From contig CAKTQV010000005.1 of NCBI GenBank assembly GCA_934597255.1, forward strand, positions 55,712 through 119,711: a stretch of 64,000 nt of DNA, in the 5' to 3' direction. The DNA is from an uncultured Oscillospiraceae bacterium (GTDB lineage Bacteria; Bacillota; Clostridia; Oscillospirales; Oscillospiraceae). A program made the position numbers and the translations under genes. How positions within the stretch are numbered: position 1 is the first letter of the stretch; the number at the start of each line of letters is the position of its first letter. Shown here piece after piece: positions 34,598-42,838 of this stretch. The notes under the pieces are model-generated. The model was not told the origin of the DNA and ran no database searches. It saw only the letters and a list, made by a program, of their open reading frames with translations.

Positions 34598-34878
34598 CCA
34601 AACGGTATTATCAAATGAGCGCAGAACGAGAGATCAAAAGAATACATCCATATTCGGCCGCTACCATTGAGCCTCTTGAGAGGCGCTTTCGAAAATGGCT
34701 GGCGCTGGATGGAAACTGAAGTCCGTGAAGCGTTGGCGTTTTTCATTCGTTAAATGCCAGCGTTCTGTACGCCGGTATTTTATGTATTTAAGCCTTGATG
34801 CAGGCAACGGCTTCGTGGATGAATTCTCCTTGGGAATACCAAGTATCAATACCATCGCGCATTCGGGAGGTAACAAAT

Positions 34879-35314
34879 GTGAAGGATCAATTGATGAAGG
34901 AACAATTGATTGCCATCCTCTTACTATATCCTGTTTTTTTCTTTTATATTCGCAGCTTTTTGTCTAGTGAAATACTGTATCAACTCAACAACAGCGCCTA
35001 TAAAAAGCGAAAAAAAAGGACAGACTTTTATCGAATGGTTGTTCTACAGCAGATTTAGAGGAGAAATACCTAAGATACTGCGTGTGCTCTATTATTCTGT
35101 ATTGATTATCCACCCAGCTGGAGCAATTGCTTGTCTGCTCGTACATATTACAATGGGTTCATTGAATATTGGCAGAATAATACTAATTGGTATAGCTGCA
35201 TTTGATAGTATATGGAAGTTAGCAATCGACTTGCTTTTTTGGCAGAACCGCCCCGGCTGGGCGTTTGAACGATGGATCACAAAAAAGCGTGGTCAAAGGA
35301 AAAGAAGGAAATAG
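34879..35314 (+). pseudogene. Membrane protein interrupted by a +1 frameshift at an A8 homopolymer (35010-35017); could also be phase-variable or a sequencing error
   Basis: GGGAGG-N8-GTG start gives MKDQLMKEQLIAILLLYPVFFFYIRSF... ending after KKRKK. Downstream frame (34910..35314) continues a hydrophobic protein, ...GAIACLLVHITMGSLNIGRIILIGIAAF. Confidence 0.45.
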
Positions 35315-35359
35315 TTGGAACATCCCGCCAGTATGTATATTACCAGTGAGGAAATGTGT

Positions 35360-35689
35360 ATGAAACGATTGTCCAAAGAAGAGGCAAGTACGGTCAAAGA
35401 ATTCCTGAAAGTCCCTATTCCTGCGTATATCCTTGCATATAGTGACGGACAATTTGACCTTTTGGACTGTTACGAGGTGGCATTTACTTTTGCCATCGAC
35501 CTGCTGAGAGGAGGAAAGGTGGATCCAAATGCATCACCATGGGGCGATGGCCAAAGTGTAATATTTGACCCAGGCTATGCCAGGTTATTATTAAATATCC
35601 GACACGCCAATTTAAGCGCAGATGTCAACAATTATTGCGATTTGTTTTTAAAAGTTCTGGCTCTTTTTAAGGCCCATCTTGTGTCGTGA
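35360..35689 (+). CDS. Hypothetical protein (109 aa)
   Basis: GAGGAA RBS 6 nt before ATG. MKRLSKEEASTVKEFLK... Confidence 0.4.
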   Translation: MKRLSKEEASTVKEFLKVPIPAYILAYSDGQFDLLDCYEVAFTFAIDLLRGGKVDPNASPWGDGQSVIFDPGYARLLLNIRHANLSADVNNYCDLFLKVLALFKAHLVS

Positions 35690-35737
35690 ATTTTGCCAAT
35701 CGAAATTCTTCCGTATTGAAGCATACATACAACCACT

Positions 35738-35992
35738 ATGATAAGAGAAGCAAAAGTAATCGATATTATAAACAAGTATTTAAAATGCGCTCATGAATCC
35801 GATATTCATCGATATTATCCAGTTGCTGCATCCCAAATTTACGATGACAAGCAATTATGTGAGCGGATAATCGACTTTCTAGGGGATATATATATTGGCT
35901 CCGGCCTGGATGTGAACTATGAGGAAAATACAACCGGTGCAGAAATTCAGGATGCAATTACTTTTCTGGCCTTTTGCAACGGGAACGCATAG
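35738..35992 (+). CDS. Small hypothetical protein (84 aa)
   Basis: ORF in the island. No RBS check possible beyond AT-rich context. Confidence 0.3.
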   Translation: MIREAKVIDIINKYLKCAHESDIHRYYPVAASQIYDDKQLCERIIDFLGDIYIGSGLDVNYEENTTGAEIQDAITFLAFCNGNA

Positions 35993-36032
35993 GCTTACGA
36001 CTGCGACCTTGGATAACCGAAGGAGAGAACAC

Positions 36033-36461
36033 ATGTGGAACGAAATTGAAAACGAAAAAGATTTAAACCGTTTTATGGATACTGTGTGCTGGTTTCACGA
36101 CAGTTGTTTAAAGGAGCTTAAATACATCAGCGGTGCATATGTAAATGAAGAATTGAGTATGCTTCCAGTTAATACGCAAAGAATATTGAACATGATCATT
36201 CAACGGCAGTTTGAAAACCCATCTGTGGTTGAAATGCAATTTGTGGGACTAAAGTATTTAAAACTCTTTCCAACCGACGAAAGCTATACCTGTGAAATTC
36301 TGGATACGACTATGATTTTAGAAGAAGATCGCGTTTATTGGTGTGATTGCGGCGGGTTATCCGTAAAGGATATGGAAAACTACACAGGCACTGCAATATG
36401 TGCATCAAAGGTTCGGTGGAGAGCCGTGGATGAATATATTGGCCCAAAAGAAATTTATTGA
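36033..36461 (+). CDS. Hypothetical protein (142 aa), last island gene
   Basis: GAAGGAGAG RBS 5 nt before the ATG giving MWNEIENEKDLNRFMDTVCWFHDSC... Confidence 0.45.
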   Translation: MWNEIENEKDLNRFMDTVCWFHDSCLKELKYISGAYVNEELSMLPVNTQRILNMIIQRQFENPSVVEMQFVGLKYLKLFPTDESYTCEILDTTMILEEDRVYWCDCGGLSVKDMENYTGTAICASKVRWRAVDEYIGPKEIY

Positions 36462-36650
36462 ACATTTAAGCAAAATTGAGAAAATGTAAGAGTTAAAACG
36501 GCTTCCGTAAGTTCCGTCCACGCGTTATGGTATCACAAAGGCGTTGCTTCCCCGTACATAGCTGACGCAATACAGGCAATTCGGAACGGGACCCGGCCGC
36601 TGCGCGCAGGTTCAAACGCTGACCACAAAAAAATATCAGGAGTGTGAAAT

Positions 36651-37007
36651 ATGACCTTTATCGCTTACCCCAAATGCACCACCTGCCAGAAGGCGCGAAA
36701 GTGGCTGGACGAGCGCCAGATCGCCTATGAATTCCGCGACATCAAGCTGGACAACCCCAGCTATGACGAGCTGGCCGCGTGGTACCGGCGCAGCGGCCTG
36801 CCGCTGAAGAAATTTTTCAACACCAGCGGCCTGCTGTATAAGTCCATGGGACTGAAGGACAAGCTGCCCGGCATGGGTGAGGACGAGATGCTGAAGCTTC
36901 TCGCCGCGGACGGCATGCTGGTCAGGCGCCCGCTGCTGATAAGCGACGATTTCGTTCTCGTGGGTTTCGGGGAAGCCGCGTGGGCGGCGAAACTGAAAAC
37001 CGAATAA
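36651..37007 (+). CDS. ArsC/Spx/YffB-family thioredoxin-fold protein (arsenate-reductase-like)
   Basis: MTFIAYPKCTTCQKARKWLDERQIAYEFRDI, typical ArsC-family CxxC-like N-terminus. GGAG RBS. Confidence 0.75.
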   Translation: MTFIAYPKCTTCQKARKWLDERQIAYEFRDIKLDNPSYDELAAWYRRSGLPLKKFFNTSGLLYKSMGLKDKLPGMGEDEMLKLLAADGMLVRRPLLISDDFVLVGFGEAAWAAKLKTE

Positions 37008-37129
37008 TGGCCGCCCGTCCGGCGCCCTCCCTTTGGCTGCGCTGAAATCAAAGCGCGCTCAGGCGGGAAGGGCTCTATGCCGGAACCGGCATTCCACTTC
37101 CGGAACAGGAAATATTTTCCCCGCACAAA

Positions 37130-37180
37130 CAGCAAAAAGCCTTGATGCTCCCGGAAAAACCAGGTTCATCAAGGCTTCCT
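37130..37180 (-). terminator. Hairpin terminator immediately downstream of tRNA-Leu
   Basis: AAGCCTTGATG...CATCAAGGCTT 11-bp stem followed on the minus strand by UUUUGCUGUUUG. Confidence 0.45.
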
Positions 37181-37186
37181 GCTTCG

Positions 37187-37272
37187 TGGTGCCGGTGGCG
37201 GGACTTGAACCCGCACGCCTCATCGGCAACGGATTTTGAATCCGCCTCGTCTGCCAATTCCAACACACCGGC
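37187..37272 (-). tRNA. tRNA-Leu (anticodon CAA)
   Basis: Reverse complement GCCGGTGTGTTGGAATTGGCAGACGAGGCGGATTCAAAATCCGTTGCCGATGAGGCGTGCGGGTTCAAGTCCCGCCACCGGCACCA. Cloverleaf with 7-bp acceptor stem, anticodon loop UUCAAAA, long variable arm, GGTTCAAGTCC T-arm, encoded CCA. Confidence 0.9.
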
Positions 37273-37370
37273 GCAGCAGGGCTTATTATATACGACGCGC
37301 GCCGCAAAATCAAGCGCGGAAAAAGCCGCCGCGGGAAATTCCCGCGGCGGCCCGGATCTTCATCGATCCA

Positions 37371-37787
37371 TCAGCCCTCGATGGCGATATATTTCTTTTC
37401 CTCCACCTGAGGCACCGGCTGCTTCTTCGGCACCGCGATGGTCAGAACACCGTTTTCAAAGCGCGCCTTGATATCCTGCTCCGTCACGTCCTCGCCGACA
37501 TAGAAGTTGCGGCTGAACGAACCGGAGAAACGCTCGCGGCGGAGATAACGGCCCTTCTTGTCCTTTTCCTCGTTGTCATAGCCGGTCTTGGCGCTGACGG
37601 TCAGATAGCCGTCCTTAAGCTCGACCTGCATGTCCTCCTTCTTCACGCCGGGCATATCAATGTCCAGCACATAGCCGTCGTCGTGTTCCTGAACGTCGGT
37701 CTTCATCAGATCCGCGCGGGGCGCCGGCATACGAGGCGCATCGAAAAAGTCATCAAAGAAATCCTTACCGAAAATAGGCATCAACAT
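37371..37787 (-). CDS. Hsp20/alpha-crystallin family small heat-shock protein
   Basis: Alpha-crystallin-domain pattern (DVQEHDDGYVLDIDMPGVKKEDMQVELKDGYLTVSA...GVLTIAVPK). AGGAGCG RBS 7 nt before ATG. Confidence 0.85.
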   Translation of the reverse strand: MLMPIFGKDFFDDFFDAPRMPAPRADLMKTDVQEHDDGYVLDIDMPGVKKEDMQVELKDGYLTVSAKTGYDNEEKDKKGRYLRRERFSGSFSRNFYVGEDVTEQDIKARFENGVLTIAVPKKQPVPQVEEKKYIAIEG

Positions 37788-37864
37788 ATATGATCGCTCC
37801 TTCCAAAGCTTTGTTCAAATTCCCGGACTTCGGGACATCTCTGTTTTTCCCTCCGTCTGATTGT

Positions 37865-37906
37865 ATTATACCACGATTTTTAGCACTGTCAATAGGAGAG
37901 TGCTAA
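37865..37906 (-). promoter_or_regulatory. CIRCE element (HrcA operator) TTAGCACTG-N9-GAGTGCTAA overlapping a consensus sigma-A promoter (TTGACA-16-TGgTATAAT) for the Hsp20 gene
   Basis: Palindrome at 37880-37906 matches the CIRCE consensus TTAGCACTC-N9-GAGTGCTAA with one mismatch. On the minus strand, -35 TTGACA lies inside the CIRCE right arm, with TATAAT at plus 37865-37870. Confidence 0.8.
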
Positions 37907-37964
37907 TTTTTTAAAATTTTTATTTCTTTTGTTCTCCGCTTTATATATTGTGTTGATCGCATTT

Positions 37965-39299
37965 TCATTCTTCGCCGGTCTCTGTCCCGGCATCCGGCTG
38001 CTTCCGCAGCTCCGCGCGCGCGATCTGGTGGCCGCGGACCTCGCGGATATGGATGCGCAGCCCGGCCGCGTCCAGGCAGATATCCTGCGGCCCGTCCTCC
38101 GGGATCATGCCGAGCGCGTCGAAAACAAGGCCCGTGAGCGTATCGTGCTCCCGCACCCCGAGATCCACGCCCAGCGCCCTCTCAATGTCGTCGAGCGCCG
38201 CGTTCCCCGCCGTCTCCAGACTTCCGTCCGCCCGCTTCCGGATCACCGGCTCGTTCCCGGCGCCTTCGTCAAACGCGCCCACGAGCTGCCCGATCAGGTC
38301 GTTGAGCGTAACGATTCCGACCATGCCCCCATACTCATCCAGCACCACGGCCATGCCGCTTCTCCCGCTCCGCATATTGCGGAAAAGCACGTCCGCCTTC
38401 ACGCTTTCCGGCACAAAATAGGCCGGCTTCACCGCGGCGGCCAGGACGCTTTCACGGCTTTTGTCGTTCAGGCGGAAATAATCCCGCGCATCCAGTATGC
38501 CGATCACCTTATCCGGAGAATCCTCGCAGACCGGGTAGCGCGTGTGGCGCGTTCCGTGGATGGTCGCCTCCCAGGTGTCCATCGGCTCGTCAAGCCACAG
38601 CAGGTCTACCTCCGTCCGATGCGTGGCGATCTCCCCGGCCGTGAGATCGTCAAATTCAAACACATTCTGAATAAAGGTCTGCTCCTCGCGGTCAATGCCG
38701 CCCTGTTCCCCGCTGGCCTCCACCATCATGCGGATGTCCGCCTCGCCCGGCGTTTCATTTATCTCCCCCGGATCGACGCCCAGCAGCCGCAAAACGGCGT
38801 TCGTCGACACGGAGAGCAGCCATACGATGGGCGCAAAAAGCCTGGATATCGCCGTGATAACGCCGGACACGCCCAGGGCGACCGCCTCGGCGTTTTTCAT
38901 GGCGATGCGCTTGGGCACAAGCTCGCCGAAGATCAGCGTGAAATAGGACAGTATCAGCGTGATGACGACGACGGCGATCGCCTCCAGCGTCCCTCTGGAC
39001 GCGCCGACGCCCAGGCCGATCAGCCAGTCGGCCAGCCGGCCGGAAAAATTCTCGGCGGCAAAGGCGCTGCCCAGAAAGCCCGACAGCGTGATAGCCACCT
39101 GTATGGTCGCCAGAAATTTTTCCGGCTGCGCCATCAGCCGTCCGAGCCGCCGCGCCTTTTTGCTTCCCTCCGCGCCGAGCTTTTCAACGCGAAGCGCGTT
39201 GGCCGACAGCACGGCGATCTCCGCGCAGGCAAACACCGCGTTGAGTAAAATGAGCACAAGCTGTAAAAGCAGCATCCATCCGATCGAGTTTTTCAACAA
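37965..39299 (-). CDS. CNNM/CorC-HlyC family protein (DUF21 TM domain + CBS pair + CorC_HlyC), putative Mg/Co efflux
   Basis: N-terminal 4-TM DUF21, tandem CBS (VIGILDARDYF, MAVVLDEYGGMVGIVTLNDLIGQLVG), C-terminal transporter-associated domain. Start uncertain: TTG 39299 with AGGAAAGGA RBS, or ATG 39275. Confidence 0.7.
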   Translation of the reverse strand: MLKNSIGWMLLLQLVLILLNAVFACAEIAVLSANALRVEKLGAEGSKKARRLGRLMAQPEKFLATIQVAITLSGFLGSAFAAENFSGRLADWLIGLGVGASRGTLEAIAVVVITLILSYFTLIFGELVPKRIAMKNAEAVALGVSGVITAISRLFAPIVWLLSVSTNAVLRLLGVDPGEINETPGEADIRMMVEASGEQGGIDREEQTFIQNVFEFDDLTAGEIATHRTEVDLLWLDEPMDTWEATIHGTRHTRYPVCEDSPDKVIGILDARDYFRLNDKSRESVLAAAVKPAYFVPESVKADVLFRNMRSGRSGMAVVLDEYGGMVGIVTLNDLIGQLVGAFDEGAGNEPVIRKRADGSLETAGNAALDDIERALGVDLGVREHDTLTGLVFDALGMIPEDGPQDICLDAAGLRIHIREVRGHQIARAELRKQPDAGTETGEE

Positions 39300-39495
39300 G
39301 ATTTCCTTTCCTGCGCAAACGCGCAAAGGCACGGCCTGTACGCGATCGCACAAGCCATGCCTTTTATTCTTTTTCTTTCTGTTATTTTCTGATTTCGGTT
39401 TCGTTCAGGGTCCGCGTCGCCGCTGTCGGTATCCATTGCATCCTCCCGGGCGTAATTGCGCCCATTATACGGGGCGCGGCTCCTTCTGTCAAGAC

Positions 39496-41487
39496 CTACA
39501 GCCGGCAGCCCAGCTCGCAGCCGGCAGCGATGGCGTCGATGGCACGTCCGGGCCGCACCGCGTTTCCGATGCGGTGAACAGGCATCCGCTCCGCCAGCGC
39601 CGCATACAGCCGCTCGTCCGCCTCCGTGCCCGGACATACGACCACGGCCTCGCACGGCCAGAGCCACTCGGCCGTCAGAACGCCCTCCTCCTCGACGCAC
39701 ACGACCTCCGTCCGGCCGAAGATGCGCGCGCCGAACGCGGCCAGGTCGGCATAGACCGGCCAGGCGATGCCCGGCTCATAGCCCGCGCCGGGCTTGCCCC
39801 GCTCGAACACGGCCACCTCGCGCGCGGAGTGGGCCACCATGGCGTGCAGCCGCTCGTCCGGTTCCACGCCGTACCGCAGCAGCCAGCGCAGCGTCTCGTC
39901 GGAGTACGCGCCGTCGAACGCGAGCCACCGCGCCGTTTCCATGCCCACGAAGCTCCCGCCGATCACCGCCACGCGCGGCGGCAGCACCGGCTTTTCCCGC
40001 ACAAGACGCTCCATCGTCCAGACGCGGCCCTCATCCATCCGTATATCCAGCGTCACCGGCTTGTAGTCCCGGCCGTTCGCCAGCACCAGCTCGTCAAAGC
40101 CGCCGTCCGCGACCGACTCCGCCGTCGCCTCCCGGCCCAGCACAAGCGTCACGTCCGACTCCGCCAGACGCCGCGCGTACCAGTCCACCAGCTCGCCCAG
40201 CATCTCCCGGTGCGGCAGCTCCCGCGCCAGCCGGAGCTGTCCGCCCAGCGCGTCCGACCGCTCCCACAGCGTCACGGCATGGCCGCGCTCCGCCGCGCGA
40301 AGCGCGCATTCCATCCCGGCCGGCCCGCCGCCGACGACCAGAACGCGCCTGGGCCGCTCCGTTTTCTCCGGCCGCAGCTCATGCTCCCGGCCGGCCAGAC
40401 CGTTCGACAGGCAGCGGATGGGCTTTTCAAAAAACGTCCCCGCCAGGCACCCCTGGTTGCAGGACACGCAGGGACGTATCTTCTCCGGCGTGCCGGCCCG
40501 GATGTATTTCGGATAGTCCGGCTCCGCCACGAGCGCGCGCCCCATGGCTACCATGTCGCAGCTTCCCAGCGCCACAGCGCGCTCCGCCAGCCGCGGGCGG
40601 CTCATGCGATTGGCCATGGCCACCTTCATGCCCGTTTCCCTCCGGGTCTGCGCCGCCAGATACTCCATCGCCCCGAAGGGCATCTCCTCCGTAAGCTGCG
40701 GCGTGCGGCTCTCGTGCCAGCCGCCGGTCATATCCAGCAGGTCGATCCCGGCCCCGGCGGCCAGTCTGGCGAAGGCCAGCGCCTCGTCCGAACCGCCGGC
40801 CTCCGGCACCAGCGTGTGCCCCGACCAGCGCAGCAGCAGCGTGTAATCGTCGCCCACGGCCGCGCGCACGGCGCGGATGACCTCCAGAGGGAAGCGGCAG
40901 CGGTTGGCGAAGCTGCCCCCGTATTCGTCCTCGCGCCGGTTCGTCAGCGGCGAGAGAAACTGGCTGATGAGATAGCCGGCGCTCGCGGATATCTCCACGG
41001 CGTCAAAGCCGGCCTCCCGCGCCCGCCGCGCCCCCTCGGCCCACGCACGGACGACCGCATCGATCTCCTCGGCGGTCATGGCCCGGGCCGTCTCCTTCGT
41101 AAACGGCGTGTACACCGCGCTCGGCGCGATGGCGCCCTTTCCGTCGGGCACGCCGTCGGAGGCGAGATAGCGCCCGGCGTGGTAAAGCTGCACCGCCGCG
41201 GGACAGCCGCGCGCGCGCATCCCGGCCGTAAAGCTCTGCCAGGGCTTGATGAAGCGGTCGTCCGACAGGCTCATGCAGCTCGGCCGCGCGCCCTTTTCAT
41301 CAAAGCGGCACGCCCCGACCACGATCAGTCCCGCGCCGCCCTCGGCCCGCCGCCAGTAAAATTCGTTGAAGCGCTCGCTCGGCCCGCCGTTTTCGGGATA
41401 AAGCGTGTGCATCGCCGGCATGAGTATGCGGTTTTTCAGCGTGAGCGCGCCGACCCGGACGGGGCTTGAAAGCTGGGGAAATTGCAT
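39496..41487 (-). CDS. NADH:flavin oxidoreductase (Old Yellow Enzyme TIM barrel) fused to FAD/NAD(P)-binding domain with a 4Fe-4S motif; 2-enoate/2,4-dienoyl-CoA reductase family
   Basis: N-terminal OYE pattern (LKNRILMPAMHT, HAGRY). CVSCNQGC cysteine motif. Central GGGPAGMECA Rossmann motif. Confidence 0.75.
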   Translation of the reverse strand: MQFPQLSSPVRVGALTLKNRILMPAMHTLYPENGGPSERFNEFYWRRAEGGAGLIVVGACRFDEKGARPSCMSLSDDRFIKPWQSFTAGMRARGCPAAVQLYHAGRYLASDGVPDGKGAIAPSAVYTPFTKETARAMTAEEIDAVVRAWAEGARRAREAGFDAVEISASAGYLISQFLSPLTNRREDEYGGSFANRCRFPLEVIRAVRAAVGDDYTLLLRWSGHTLVPEAGGSDEALAFARLAAGAGIDLLDMTGGWHESRTPQLTEEMPFGAMEYLAAQTRRETGMKVAMANRMSRPRLAERAVALGSCDMVAMGRALVAEPDYPKYIRAGTPEKIRPCVSCNQGCLAGTFFEKPIRCLSNGLAGREHELRPEKTERPRRVLVVGGGPAGMECALRAAERGHAVTLWERSDALGGQLRLARELPHREMLGELVDWYARRLAESDVTLVLGREATAESVADGGFDELVLANGRDYKPVTLDIRMDEGRVWTMERLVREKPVLPPRVAVIGGSFVGMETARWLAFDGAYSDETLRWLLRYGVEPDERLHAMVAHSAREVAVFERGKPGAGYEPGIAWPVYADLAAFGARIFGRTEVVCVEEEGVLTAEWLWPCEAVVVCPGTEADERLYAALAERMPVHRIGNAVRPGRAIDAIAAGCELGCRL

Positions 41488-41547
41488 GATCGTTCTCCTT
41501 TATGCGCACAAAGGGGGCCGTGCCGCGGCACCGACCCCCAGACGTGT

Positions 41548-42663
41548 TTATTTTGCGGCCTTCATCGCCAGATAGGCGTTGATGAAGCCGTCGATATCGC
41601 CGTCCATGACGTTCTGGATGTTGCCGTTTTCATAGCCGGTGCGCGTGTCCTTGGCCAGCGTGTAGGGCATGAACACATACGAGCGTATCTGGCTGCCCCA
41701 TTCGATCTTCATCTGCACGCCCTTGATGTCCTCGATCTTTTCCAGATGCTCGCGCTCCTTGATCTCGGCCAGACGCGCGCGCAGCATCTGCTTGCAGTTT
41801 TCGAGGTTCTGGAAGTGGCTGCGCTCGACCTGGCTGGACACCACGATGCCCGTCGGGATATGGGTCAGACGAACGGCGGAGGAGGTCTTGTTGACCTTCT
41901 GTCCGCCGGCGCCGGACGAGCGGTAAACGTCCATTTTGATCTCGTCGTCGCGCAGCTCGATCTCGCCGGCATCCTCGATCTCGGGCATGACCTCCACGGC
42001 GGCAAAGCTCGTGTGGCGGCGGCCGGAGGCGTCGTACGGGCTGATGCGCACAAGGCGGTGAACGCCGTGCTCGCTTTTGAGGAAGCCGTAGGCGTTTTCG
42101 CCCTCGATCTTGATGGTGGCGGATTTGATGCCGGCCTCTTCGCCGTCCTGCCAGTCCATGAGCGTGTACTTGTAGCCGTGGCGGTCGGACCACATGGTGT
42201 ACATGCGATAGAGCATCTGCGTCCAGTCCTGCGCCTCGGTGCCGCCGGCGCCGGCGTGGAAGGTGAGGATGGCGTTGTTCGCGTCGTATTCGCCGGTCAG
42301 CAGCGTGGACAGGCGCGTGGCCTCCAGCTCGGCGGAGAACTTTTCAAAGCCCTCCCGCAGCTCCGGCAGCATGCTCTCGTCGTCCTCCTCCAGCGCCATC
42401 TCGCAGATGGTATAAAGATCCTCCCAGCTCGTCTCCAGCTTCTGATAGCCCTCGACCTTGTGCTGCAGCGTGCGCAACCGCTTCTGCGCCGCCTGCGAGC
42501 GCGCCAGATCGTTCCAGTAGCCCTCGGAGGCGCTCTCGGCCTCGAGCTTTTCGATCTCGTTTTTCGCATCGTCCAGCCGCAGCGCGTCCCGCAGTTCGGT
42601 CAGCGTGGGCTTGAGATTGTTGAGCTTTCCTTTATATTCTTCAAATTCCAGCAAGTGCAACAC
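41548..42663 (-). CDS. prfB: Peptide chain release factor 2
   Basis: SPYDASGRRHTSFAAVEV (RF2 SPF-type motif). GAGGQKVNKT (GGQ). Continuous ORF with no programmed +1 frameshift site. GTG start with AGGAAAGG RBS. Confidence 0.8.
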   Translation of the reverse strand: MLHLLEFEEYKGKLNNLKPTLTELRDALRLDDAKNEIEKLEAESASEGYWNDLARSQAAQKRLRTLQHKVEGYQKLETSWEDLYTICEMALEEDDESMLPELREGFEKFSAELEATRLSTLLTGEYDANNAILTFHAGAGGTEAQDWTQMLYRMYTMWSDRHGYKYTLMDWQDGEEAGIKSATIKIEGENAYGFLKSEHGVHRLVRISPYDASGRRHTSFAAVEVMPEIEDAGEIELRDDEIKMDVYRSSGAGGQKVNKTSSAVRLTHIPTGIVVSSQVERSHFQNLENCKQMLRARLAEIKEREHLEKIEDIKGVQMKIEWGSQIRSYVFMPYTLAKDTRTGYENGNIQNVMDGDIDGFINAYLAMKAAK

Positions 42664-42838
42664 ATACCTTTCCTATTTTAACTTTTTTATTATAATCAAA
42701 AACCGCCCGCCTGTAAAGAGCGATTTAGCCGCGCAGGAAAATTGCGGAAAGCACTTTTCATCGGCGCGGCACTTTGTTATAATCAGACTGTAATAAAATA
42801 TAGACCTGGGAACCGACCAGGGGTTGAGGAGAAAAGAC

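Larger units (their letters stand above)
28440..36500. other. AT-rich genomic island (roughly 38% GC versus about 65% in the flanks, by eye): an array of about 14 co-directional small ORFs including an orphan RHS-tip toxin module and putative immunity genes
   Basis: Abrupt composition shift at about 28.45 kb (inside the first ORF) and back at about 36.5 kb. All ORFs are on the + strand with short gaps or overlaps. There is no integrase, and no phage or conjugation genes. Confidence 0.75.

Noticed and set aside
34877-34882. ATG-TGA mini-ORF after the GGGAGG RBS
   Set aside because: Two-codon ORF. The adjacent GTG in the other frame (8 nt from the RBS) is the plausible start.
28440-36500. Island interpreted as a prophage or ICE
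   Set aside because: No integrase, recombinase, relaxase, capsid, terminase or replication genes. All ORFs are small and unidirectional.
38959-41469. 836-aa + strand ORF and 39456..40694 + ORF
   Set aside because: Antisense to the OYE-family reductase and CNNM genes. Pro/Arg/Ala-rich.
42640-42700. Short ATG-initiated ORF (MCCTCWNLKNIKESSTISSPR*) overlapping the prfB start, as an RF2 frameshift leader
   Set aside because: Its ATG sits 1 nt from the RBS, whereas the GTG/TTG in the main frame has proper spacing. The main frame is uninterrupted, so no frameshift is required.
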